From a virus: a stretch of DNA of 64,000 bases. Position numbers and translations under genes: made by a program. This document shows positions 49,267-58,396 of the stretch, in pieces (position 1 is the stretch's first letter; each line of letters starts with the position of its first letter). The stretch is from positions 64,001-128,000 of IMG/VR virus record IMGVR_UViG_3300032397_000003, one strand, 5' to 3'. Below the pieces are notes generated by a model. It saw only the letters and a program-made list of their open reading frames with translations. It did no database searches and was not told where the DNA came from.

Positions 49267-51417
49267 TTAAGCCGTTAAACTTTCAATTGAAATATTTTGC
49301 CCTATTCTAGTAAGTCTTAAAATAACCCACTGAGAATTTGGGGTGATCTGGCAATAAAAATCTAGGACGAACTGACGATTATTTAAAACAGTATTGGTAT
49401 TATTTGTAGCGTCGCAAATAATTTTGTAGGCTCTAATCCATCCATTTGCCTTGATAGGTTCTACAAATTCTTCTGTTTGAACCTTAGCCATCATTCTATG
49501 AAGAGGATCGTTGATTTTAAATTCTTGTTTTCTAAGTATTTGCTTTGTAATAACTTCTATCATATACTTATAAACTCTTCTTGTACCAACAAAACTTGTA
49601 TCACTATTTGTTACTTGTAGAGTTTGATCTCCATAACACATAAGACCATAAGCCTGATCTAGTATAATAGGGTTGATTTGATTATTGTAGAATGAATCAA
49701 GCTCTGCTTGGGTATAATCAATTTCAACTTCTTTAACTACCCAATCATTTAACTGACCACCATGATTACTTTCATCTAATCCTGCTGGAGATGCAGCATC
49801 ATAAACATCTGACATATAAGCAAACTTTTTACCAACTGAACCAACATTTGAAATCCATGCAAAACTATTATTATAATCATCTTGAATTTTTGCCCAGTTG
49901 TGATAAAGTCCTACATCATCAGTATCAAGAGCTAAACTTGATCTAAACGCTAATGCTTGAGAAGCACTTGCTCCAAGAGGAACACATGTAATACCTTGAC
50001 CCCATACTTGATAAGTTTGAATAAGGGTATTTATAGTATTTGCATGAGTACCATAACAATCCATAAATATTTTAGCTTTATACTTATTAGCATATTGGAA
50101 TTGATTCCATGCCGTAGTAAAATCACCTGTTACAGGATCATTACCTCTAGAACCACCTGTAAATGCTATTACTGCTGAATTAACTGTATAAGGAGTTGCT
50201 GTATAAGCAGGATTTAATTTAAAAGTTACATAAGGATTTTCATCAAATACATCTACATAATAAAGAGACTTTCCAAACGCATCTTTCTCATTTATAAGTG
50301 AATAATTATATGCTTGTATAAGTGAATTACCCGTTGATCCCACTTTGTAAAGAGTAAGAGTAAATTTACTTCCTGATACATAAGCAACTGAAGCTGCTAG
50401 ATCATCTGTATAAGGAGAAGTGGTAAAGAAACTATGGGATACGGTGGTTGAAGTATCTGCTGTATAACGATAATCAAAAGTTACTGCTCGTCCATATTGA
50501 GGAATAGATAAAGTTGGATTTGTTCCTGTACTTGCAAGACTTGTACCACCAGAACTAAATACTGCTGTTAATGCAGAATCTCCTGTAGCTGGATCACTTA
50601 CTGTTATATTACCAGATGTACTTCCATTTCTTCCTACTATGTTTATAAAGTTCCCCGAAACTGAAGCTGCAGTATAACCAAATGCTACATTTATAGCTGA
50701 TATAACTGCTGTTCTTAAAGTTGTTGCAGATTGCCCTAGATTAAGAGTTTGTATTGAACCATCTATAATAATTTTAATATACTTATCTGTTGATCCAACA
50801 CTTAAATTATAACTTGATGCTCCATTTACATCTGTAGTTACTGTAGCATAACTTCCAGCTACTCCTGCAAAAGTAAGAGAGAATACCCCTGTTGCTAAAG
50901 TTACTGAACCTGCTGTAATATCTGCTCCAGACAATGCACCACCTGTAGCCATAGTAACTGTTTTTTCAATTCCATTAACTTTTACTTTAAAGTTAGGTTC
51001 ATCTGATACTGGAATATTTGTTATTGTTCCTGAGAATGTAGCGGTTACTCCATTTCCTGTTCCTACTGCATGAGTAGCTCCTTTAGCAGTTGATCCATAG
51101 CTAAAAGTAGAAGGGGTTCTTCCTACTCCAAAAGCAGTTACTGTTGCTTTCCCTACATCAATTCCACCATAGGCTGAATTTGTTCCTATTGCAGAAGCTA
51201 CCCATAAAGGTGCTCTTCTTGTAAATGCAATAGCTTCAAAAACACCTGGATAGGATGCTGAAGGTGTTCCAAGCTCTCTTAAACAATCCTCTTCAGATTG
51301 AAGATACATTGGAGTTGATTTTCCTTTAGCCGAATTTAAAACCATAGCCCCTGTCTCATCAACAAGAGTATTTATAAATCCACTCAAATCGCGCTCTAAA
51401 ACTTGCGTTCTACTCAT
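49267..51417 (-). CDS. Contractile tail sheath protein
   Basis: ERDLS N-terminus; INPII..G...YGDQT...VGTRR; CDATNNT..V. Confidence 0.92.
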   Translation of the reverse strand: MSRTQVLERDLSGFINTLVDETGAMVLNSAKGKSTPMYLQSEEDCLRELGTPSASYPGVFEAIAFTRRAPLWVASAIGTNSAYGGIDVGKATVTAFGVGRTPSTFSYGSTAKGATHAVGTGNGVTATFSGTITNIPVSDEPNFKVKVNGIEKTVTMATGGALSGADITAGSVTLATGVFSLTFAGVAGSYATVTTDVNGASSYNLSVGSTDKYIKIIIDGSIQTLNLGQSATTLRTAVISAINVAFGYTAASVSGNFINIVGRNGSTSGNITVSDPATGDSALTAVFSSGGTSLASTGTNPTLSIPQYGRAVTFDYRYTADTSTTVSHSFFTTSPYTDDLAASVAYVSGSKFTLTLYKVGSTGNSLIQAYNYSLINEKDAFGKSLYYVDVFDENPYVTFKLNPAYTATPYTVNSAVIAFTGGSRGNDPVTGDFTTAWNQFQYANKYKAKIFMDCYGTHANTINTLIQTYQVWGQGITCVPLGASASQALAFRSSLALDTDDVGLYHNWAKIQDDYNNSFAWISNVGSVGKKFAYMSDVYDAASPAGLDESNHGGQLNDWVVKEVEIDYTQAELDSFYNNQINPIILDQAYGLMCYGDQTLQVTNSDTSFVGTRRVYKYMIEVITKQILRKQEFKINDPLHRMMAKVQTEEFVEPIKANGWIRAYKIICDATNNTNTVLNNRQFVLDFYCQITPNSQWVILRLTRIGQNISIESLTA

Positions 51418-51463
51418 TATTTTGTATACCTCTGTGTAATCATAATTTCCCTTTTTCCATAAA

Positions 51464-51521
51464 TTTCATTTATTATTAGTAAAAAATTTTTAAAGAAAAT
51501 AATTACTAATAATAAATGAAA
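51464..51521. repeat. Perfect 19-bp inverted repeat containing two back-to-back late motifs
   Basis: tttcatttattattagtaa (51464-51482) and ttactaataataaatgaaa (51503-51521). Confidence 0.85.
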
Positions 51522-51539
51522 ATAAAGGAGTTGTGTATT

Positions 51540-51674
51540 ATGGGAGTATTTTTAATAAGTTTAGCTATTTCTGCATTTATAACCTATATAAAGGAAGAAA
51601 TGAGAGAGGATTTTTATTGTCGATTTTTTTACACTTTTTTAGTAATTTTTTTAATAAAAAGTTTAACTTTTTAA
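51540..51674 (+). CDS. Small membrane protein with two hydrophobic segments (44 aa)
   Basis: Read by eye: MGVFLISLAISAFITYIKEEMREDFYCRFFYTFLVIFLIKSLTF*; AAGGAG RBS; late motif upstream. Confidence 0.55.
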   Translation: MGVFLISLAISAFITYIKEEMREDFYCRFFYTFLVIFLIKSLTF

Positions 51675-51725
51675 GTTTTTTCTATATATTATAATTATAG
51701 AAAGAAATTAAAAAAGGAGTAAATT

Positions 51726-52101
51726 GTGACTAAAGAGCATAAATCAGTATTTGACTATGGAAGATTGTATGAGATGTCTAATCTCTTTCCAGAAGATACT
51801 GGTTTAAAATTTAAAATTTAAAGTTTGGATTTCAACTAAATCTGGTAGAGAGGGATATAATGCTAGAATTAAAATCTCTAATGCAGAGGGTACAGCATCA
51901 GTTATGATATGGGGAACCCCTAAAATTAAAGATACAAAAGGTAAGATAACTATTACAGGAAATGACTTGAAAGATATAGTTAAATTTGTAGAATTAAATA
52001 GGGAAGAACTTTTAAAGCATTGGGGAGGGGAAACAAGCAGTAAACAATTTACAAATGCAATTAAGTCTATTAAAAAAAATAAAAAAGGAGAAATAAGATG
52101 A
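51726..52101 (+). pseudogene. Frameshifted phage gene of the EMxNL..TGL..W family, split by a 7-bp duplication
   Basis: GTG ORF ..LYEMSNLFPEDTGLKFKI* stops at 51821; removing one TTTAAAA joins it in frame to 51904..52101. Confidence 0.7.
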
Positions 52102-52499
52102 AAAAATTAGTAATGAGTACAGTATTGATGTTTATAGTAGTAGTTGGTTATGCAAAAGAAGTAAGTATATTAGATGTAGATTACATAACAAGTTGGAAAT
52201 TGTTGGGGATGTCTACATGGGGTAGTGATGAATATACAAATGGAGATATGAGAATAGCGGCAGTAATAGAAGCCGATCAAATTACTCTTGTAGGTATTGA
52301 TGATATACCCCAAAAGATTAAAGAAGTGACTACAGCCATTGATGAAGAGGGTCTTAAAGTAACAACTATTAAAATGGAAGGTAATAAATTCTATTATACT
52401 ATTAAGCGAATCAGCTCAAATTCCATTATGTTTAAATTGATATTTGTTAAAAGTGGTAACGAGAGATTAAGATATATTCTGGGTAATGAAGAGCAGTAA
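52098..52499 (+). CDS. Secreted hypothetical protein
   Basis: Sec signal MKKLVMSTVLMFIVVVGYA. Confidence 0.65.
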   Translation: MKKLVMSTVLMFIVVVGYAKEVSILDVDYITSWKLLGMSTWGSDEYTNGDMRIAAVIEADQITLVGIDDIPQKIKEVTTAIDEEGLKVTTIKMEGNKFYYTIKRISSNSIMFKLIFVKSGNERLRYILGNEEQ

Positions 52500-52598
52500 T
52501 CGAATATGAAATAGAAAAATCTGAGAGAAAAATAGTTTAATTCTCTCAGATATTTCTATTTTATGATACATAAAAAATTTAAAAAACGGAGGATTTAA

Positions 52599-53969
52599 AT
52601 GAACAGTTTAAAAAGTTTAATTTGTATGGTTATTCTATCTGCATTTGTAGCATGTTCAGGAGGAGGTTCTGGGGAATCAACAGTAACTTATGTAAATAAT
52701 ACCCCAATAGTAGATACCGGTACTCCGGTAACTTTTCAAGGTACAATCGAAAAAGGGGCATTGCAAAGAGGGTCTAGAGTTATTGCATCAGAATGGAATG
52801 TATTAACTGGTTATTCGGGACTATGCTTTAAAACATATACCACTGATGATAAAGGAAGTTACACAATTAAAAGTTCTAAAATAAAGGATATGATAGATGT
52901 TGAAGCAGAGGGATATTTTTTTAACGAAAACGATGCTTCTACGAACAATAAAATTATATTATATGGTTTACTAGACAGTAATAAAGCAACTTGGAATATC
53001 AATATTTTAACTCATATTATAAGATATAGAGTTATAAAACTTTTAGAGGATGATGTTGATTTTGATGATGCAGTTACAAGTGCTGTTACCTCACTTTATA
53101 ATAATTTAGGATGGGGAGTTGTAGATCCCTCTTTAATAAATGCAGTTGACAATCCACAATTATTATTTCTATCTAGTGCTATATGTAAAAATAGAACAGC
53201 TTCAGAAGTATCTAAACTATTAACTGATTTATCTTTAGACTTAGAGGATGGAAATATAGATATATCTATGCTTAATTCTTCTTTCGCTCTAGTGAATACA
53301 GCAACAGTAACTTCTAATATCATTGCAAAATATGGTAGTTGTCCTAATCTTGCAAATGTTAAATCTCAAGTATTAGCTCAAAGAGGATTAGTGGATATAA
53401 CCATTAAAATATTTACTGCTTCACCTATACCTTACTCTGGGGTAGATTGGTATATAAGAAATGCATCGAGTATAATGTATATGAAAGATAATAAATTAGA
53501 TAGTTTAGCCTCACTCCAGGTATCTATGTCTCATCTTGGAGTAACTACGAATAATATATCTAATAATATTCTAGAATTTTTTAGTATTACGGTTGATGGA
53601 GTAAAAACACTTTATTTTTCTCTGGGTTTTGAATCTAATAATATTATTAAACACTATAAGCAAGTAAATGGTATTGTTACCGAGATATCTAGTTTACCTA
53701 CAAAGCCTGTACCGGTTATTCAAACCCTTAATAATGGATTTTATAATTATTCAAATCCTAATCTATTAGATAGTAATTCCCATAGTTGGAACATAGGTAC
53801 TTTATATGGATATAAGATATGTGAGGACTTTATTGAAGGTACGCTTCATAGAGGAAAAACAATATTTGTAGAACAAGGAGCTGCGGGTATAAAAATATTA
53901 GGTTCTTATTGTGACTATACAGCAGATGGGGGATTTTTATATGGCACCTCTAACGCTAGATTTTGGTAA
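52599..53969 (+). CDS. Lipoprotein
   Basis: Lipobox FVA-C, SGGGSG linker, GTIEKG..GSRV, NINILTH. Confidence 0.75.
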   Translation: MNSLKSLICMVILSAFVACSGGGSGESTVTYVNNTPIVDTGTPVTFQGTIEKGALQRGSRVIASEWNVLTGYSGLCFKTYTTDDKGSYTIKSSKIKDMIDVEAEGYFFNENDASTNNKIILYGLLDSNKATWNINILTHIIRYRVIKLLEDDVDFDDAVTSAVTSLYNNLGWGVVDPSLINAVDNPQLLFLSSAICKNRTASEVSKLLTDLSLDLEDGNIDISMLNSSFALVNTATVTSNIIAKYGSCPNLANVKSQVLAQRGLVDITIKIFTASPIPYSGVDWYIRNASSIMYMKDNKLDSLASLQVSMSHLGVTTNNISNNILEFFSITVDGVKTLYFSLGFESNNIIKHYKQVNGIVTEISSLPTKPVPVIQTLNNGFYNYSNPNLLDSNSHSWNIGTLYGYKICEDFIEGTLHRGKTIFVEQGAAGIKILGSYCDYTADGGFLYGTSNARFW

Positions 53970-53982
53970 TAATTTTTAAAAC

Positions 53983-54023
53983 AGAAAGTTTGGAAGAATT
54001 AAATTATTCTTCCAAACTTTTCT
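53983..54023 (+). terminator. Hairpin after the lipoprotein gene, overlapping a partial class-I promoter
   Basis: aaagtttggaagaat-taaatt-attcttccaaacttt. Confidence 0.65.
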
Positions 54024-54149
54024 ATATAATTAAATAAGGAGAAATAGAATGACAAGACAGGAAAGAATTCAAGAGATTAAGAAACAAATTCCTAATACTA
54101 TTAAAAATCCTGAAGTGATTGAAAAAGTAGCTGAAATAATAATGAAGCA

Positions 54150-54740
54150 ATGGGGAATGTAATGAAGTATATTTTTCAAGATATAAGGGACTGGTTACTT
54201 ATAGAACCTTTTAAATTAAGTTATTTTACTTATATTTTCAGAAGACCTTATTACAGATGGCAATTATTTAAAAGATTCTGTAAAACTCCTTATTATGGAT
54301 GTTGGGAATTATGTAATCCTATATTTGATTATTCATTTGAAATACTCTGCGAGTTCTACGAAAACTACGAAGATAAAATTAAGTACCGTTGGAATATAGA
54401 TGAAGCTAATGAGTATGAAAAAGAAATGATTATATATCAGAATAAAGCTAATGAGGAACTAGAATATCTTTATAATTGGTATACAGTAACAAGACCAAGA
54501 AGAGAAGAAGAAATAGAGTACTTACTACATACATGGTGTGAACACCATGTTAGTTGGTGGGATAGATGCCAAGATGAAACAGATAACGAAAAAGGTATGA
54601 GACAGTACTATTCTAATCCTAATAACAAGTATGCTGATTATTTACATAAAATGATGAATGAGGAAGAAACTCAGTTTGAACAAGAAAAAGAAGATAATCT
54701 AATCAGATTGATAAAATTAAGAAATAGGTTATGGGATTAA
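54150..54740 (+). CDS. Hypothetical phage protein
   Basis: W/Y-rich; ends LIRLIKLRNRLWD. Confidence 0.65.
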   Translation: MGNVMKYIFQDIRDWLLIEPFKLSYFTYIFRRPYYRWQLFKRFCKTPYYGCWELCNPIFDYSFEILCEFYENYEDKIKYRWNIDEANEYEKEMIIYQNKANEELEYLYNWYTVTRPRREEEIEYLLHTWCEHHVSWWDRCQDETDNEKGMRQYYSNPNNKYADYLHKMMNEEETQFEQEKEDNLIRLIKLRNRLWD

Positions 54741-54770
54741 GAATTTTAAATTTATAAGGAGAGAATAAAT

Positions 54771-56114
54771 ATGAAGCTATCGGTGCAAGGAAATCCAAAC
54801 TACTGTGCTACTATTGTAGCAATAGATAATGTAATAGAACTTGAGAATTGTCAAAATATTCAAGGAACTATTATACAAGGTTGTCATGTAATTGTAAGTA
54901 AGGAAGTAAAGGTTGGTGATGTGGGGGTTTTCTTCCCTACAGAATGTTCTATCAAAGATATTTTTCTTAAAGCTAATAATCTTTACAGAGATAAAGAATT
55001 AAATACTGATAAAGAGAAAGCAGGGTTCTTTGAGTTAAATGGTAGAGTTCGTTGTATGAAGCTTAGAGGATTTAAGTCTGATGGATTCTTTATGCCTATG
55101 CATAGTTTAGCTAGCATTCCCGATATTAAAAATAATTTTGAGAAATATGTAGCCTCTGCTTCTATACCTATTGGAACAGACTTTGATCATATTGATGGAC
55201 AAATGATTTGTGAGAAGTATATAATTAAATCTAAAACTCAAGGAGCACCAAATTCTAAAAAAGATAAAAAGAGTCTTAAAGTAAAAAGATTTAATAAACT
55301 CCGAGATGACATCTTTCGCTTCCACATCGATACTGCCCAGCTTGCAAAGAATATGCTTATGATAAATCCTGATGACATAATTTCCATAACAGAAAAAGTT
55401 CATGGTACCTCGGCCATCGCATCTTATATTCTATGTAATAGAAAACTTACATGGAAAGATAAACTCGCTAAACTTATTGGAGCTAAAGTAAATGAATTTG
55501 AATACGACCACATCTGGAGTTCCAGAAGAGTCATAAAAAATCAGTATTTATACGAAGATAAGTTGACTCATTTCTACTCAGAAGATATTTGGAAAACTGG
55601 AATGGACGAGCTTAAACCCTTTATCCAAAAAGATATGACAATCTATTATGAAATCGTTGGGTACTTATCAGAAGGGAAAATGATTCAAGGTCAATTTGAT
55701 TATGGATGTCAAGTAGGCAAGCATGAGAAATATGTATACCGTATCACAACGACCAATGAAAGTGGGGTAGCTTTTGAATGGAGTATGAAGCAAGTTCAGG
55801 ATTGGTGTAAACAGAATGGATTAAAAGCTGTTCCTCTTCATTACTATGGATATGCTAAAGACTTGTTTAAGGATATTAGTGTTGAGAATCACTGGCATGA
55901 GAATTTTCTATCTAAACTACAGGACACTTATCTTGAAAAGAAATGTACTATGTGTCGTAATGATGTACCGGCAGAGGGAATCTGTTTAAGAAAGGAATCG
56001 CTCGACATTGAAGTCTGGAAATTAAAATCGTTTGCTTTCAGAGCTATGGAGACAAAAGAGATGGATTCTGGTAATGAGAATATAGAAGACTCTCAAGAAA
56101 TAGATGCTGTATAA
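54771..56114 (+). CDS. RNA ligase (Rnl2/DRB0094-like, N-terminal OB domain)
   Basis: KLRGFKSDG, motif I TEKVHGTS, YYEIVG, EGICL, KLKS. Confidence 0.85.
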   Translation: MKLSVQGNPNYCATIVAIDNVIELENCQNIQGTIIQGCHVIVSKEVKVGDVGVFFPTECSIKDIFLKANNLYRDKELNTDKEKAGFFELNGRVRCMKLRGFKSDGFFMPMHSLASIPDIKNNFEKYVASASIPIGTDFDHIDGQMICEKYIIKSKTQGAPNSKKDKKSLKVKRFNKLRDDIFRFHIDTAQLAKNMLMINPDDIISITEKVHGTSAIASYILCNRKLTWKDKLAKLIGAKVNEFEYDHIWSSRRVIKNQYLYEDKLTHFYSEDIWKTGMDELKPFIQKDMTIYYEIVGYLSEGKMIQGQFDYGCQVGKHEKYVYRITTTNESGVAFEWSMKQVQDWCKQNGLKAVPLHYYGYAKDLFKDISVENHWHENFLSKLQDTYLEKKCTMCRNDVPAEGICLRKESLDIEVWKLKSFAFRAMETKEMDSGNENIEDSQEIDAV

Positions 56115-56243
56115 GACTTCTTACTAAAAATAATAATTCGCTCTGGTTATGAAAGAAATAAACAATATCGGCGTTGAGTCTACTGATTGCATTCATGACT
56201 CTTTTCCGAAGCGGATTATTAAAAAATTTAAAGGATAAAATAA

Positions 56244-57374
56244 ATGAAAAAAATATTATACATATCCCCTTATGAAGAATTTGTAGTAGCTCAGAATGGG
56301 GGGTATGGAGTTGTAGCTGAATCATTTAAAAGAATGTTTGATAATATGAGTAGTATAGAAGTTGAATATGTCAATATAAATATTCTTGCTTCAGGAAATT
56401 TAAATAGAATAAATCAAAGATTTGATGTGTGCATACTACTCGTACATCCATCCTCTTTTGAAAATAAAATATTTAAACAAAATATGGAGTATGTTTCATC
56501 TATATGTGATAAAACATATATTCATATCTTTTGGGAAACAAGCCCTACGCCCTCTAAATGGAAATGGTTATGGCAATCTGATATCTTTACAGGATTTATT
56601 TCACCTTCAAAGTTTGTATTTGATATGATAAATTATGAAACTAAAAAATTCAATAAAGAAAATCATCTTATCTATTGTCCTGTGTTTGAAGAAGATTATG
56701 AAAAGTATAAAATTAGTATTTCTAAAAAAGAAACAGAAGATGTATTTAATGTTCTCTATATGGGACAGTATACAAAAAGAAAAGGAATGGAAGATGCTAT
56801 AATCGGATTTGTTCAAGCTCTATCTGAATATAAAGATTGTAGACTGGTATTAAAGTATCATCCTTTATCAGATAAAGAATTACCTGCATCTGATTTGATT
56901 TCAAATTTAGTAAGTACAAACACAAAAAAGATGAATGCTAAAATATATGAAGTCACGGGTAATCTCAGTAAGGATGATATCTATAGTTTATATAATGAAG
57001 CTTCTGTATTATTATTTCCTTCAAGAGGAGAAGGATATGGTCTTCCTTTAGTTGAAGCAGGTATGATTGGACTTCCCTGCATTTATACTGATTGGTCATC
57101 CACAAAAGAAACAGGAAAGTTTAGAGGTAATAAATCTATAGCTTATATATTGGATACTGCTCAAGGAATGGCTCAGTATGATTATGAAGGCAATTCTGTA
57201 TACGCAGTTCCATATATAAAAGACATTGTAAAGAATTTAAAAGAATGTTATGAAGCATGGAAGTATAGTAAAGAAGAATATTATGAATATACTAATAATA
57301 ACGATATTGATATAATTAAGAAATTTGGCCCTAAAGTATTTATGGAACAAATTTCAAAGTTGATAGGAGAATAA
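56244..57374 (+). CDS. GT-B (GT4-like) glycosyltransferase
   Basis: GGYG, FWET, RKG, PSRGEGYGLPLVEA. Confidence 0.88.
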   Translation: MKKILYISPYEEFVVAQNGGYGVVAESFKRMFDNMSSIEVEYVNINILASGNLNRINQRFDVCILLVHPSSFENKIFKQNMEYVSSICDKTYIHIFWETSPTPSKWKWLWQSDIFTGFISPSKFVFDMINYETKKFNKENHLIYCPVFEEDYEKYKISISKKETEDVFNVLYMGQYTKRKGMEDAIIGFVQALSEYKDCRLVLKYHPLSDKELPASDLISNLVSTNTKKMNAKIYEVTGNLSKDDIYSLYNEASVLLFPSRGEGYGLPLVEAGMIGLPCIYTDWSSTKETGKFRGNKSIAYILDTAQGMAQYDYEGNSVYAVPYIKDIVKNLKECYEAWKYSKEEYYEYTNNNDIDIIKKFGPKVFMEQISKLIGE

Positions 57375-57379
57375 ACAAT

Positions 57380-58396
57380 TTGAGTAATGAAATAATTTCT
57401 TTAATAACAGGTGATGGACAGGATACATTATGGCTTAGTAAATTTCTTTTAGAGAAAGGTCACACAGTTATAGTGGGTTCAAGAAGAAGTGGATCAAATA
57501 CTATCTGGAAGTATAAAGAACAAGGTATATATGATAATCCTAAATTAAAATTTGTACTTATGGATTTAAATGAATTCCATAATGTTAATAATGTAGTTAA
57601 AAAATATAAACCTGATTATATTTATAATCTAGGTGCTCAAAGTTTTGTAGCTGCTTCATGGGATAACCCTTTAATGACTATGCAAACAAATAGTTTAGGA
57701 GTTATATACTTACTGGACTCTATCAAAAATAATTATTTAAATACCAAATTTTATCAAGCAGGAACTTCAGAAATGTTTGGAAAGGTGCAAGAGATGCCAC
57801 AAACAGAAAAAACACCTTTCTATCCAAGATCAATGTATGGTGTATCAAAATTGGCAGCTTATTGGTCTATTGTTAATTATAGAGAATCTTATGGGATGTT
57901 TGCTTGTAATGGAATACTCTTTAATCATGAGAGTTGTTATAGAGGGTCAGAATTTTTAACCAAGAAAGTTGTTGAGAATGTGGTTTTAATAAAAAAAGGA
58001 AAACAAGATTTTTTTGAACTTGGAAATCTTAATGCTAAAAGAGATTGGGGATTTGCAGGTGACTACTGTGAAGCGATGTATTTAATGTTGAAGCAAGATA
58101 TACCCCAAGATTTTGTTATAGCAACAGGGAAGACTCATTCAGTAAAAGAGTTTGTTGAAAAATGTTTTCAATATGTTGGCATAGATATCTATTGGGAAGG
58201 TAGTGAAGAAAATGAAATTGGATTTGATGGAAGTGGGAAAACTTTAATAAAAGTTAATAAACAATTTTATAGACCAACAGAAGTTGATATATTACTGGGT
58301 AATCCCCAAAAAGCAAAAAACATATTGAATTGGAAACCTAAAATGTCATTTGATGATCTTGTTTCTCATATGATGGAATATGAGGTAAAAAAGTGA
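57380..58396 (+). CDS. gmd: GDP-mannose 4,6-dehydratase
   Basis: YNLGAQSFV, YQAGTSEMFG, YGVSK, GILFNHES, LGNLNAKRDWG. Confidence 0.93.
   Translation: MSNEIISLITGDGQDTLWLSKFLLEKGHTVIVGSRRSGSNTIWKYKEQGIYDNPKLKFVLMDLNEFHNVNNVVKKYKPDYIYNLGAQSFVAASWDNPLMTMQTNSLGVIYLLDSIKNNYLNTKFYQAGTSEMFGKVQEMPQTEKTPFYPRSMYGVSKLAAYWSIVNYRESYGMFACNGILFNHESCYRGSEFLTKKVVENVVLIKKGKQDFFELGNLNAKRDWGFAGDYCEAMYLMLKQDIPQDFVIATGKTHSVKEFVEKCFQYVGIDIYWEGSEENEIGFDGSGKTLIKVNKQFYRPTEVDILLGNPQKAKNILNWKPKMSFDDLVSHMMEYEVKK

Noticed and set aside
51415-51445. Tiny upstream ORF MITQRYTK* before the sheath gene
   Set aside because: Too short to support; it overlaps the sheath RBS and is likely incidental
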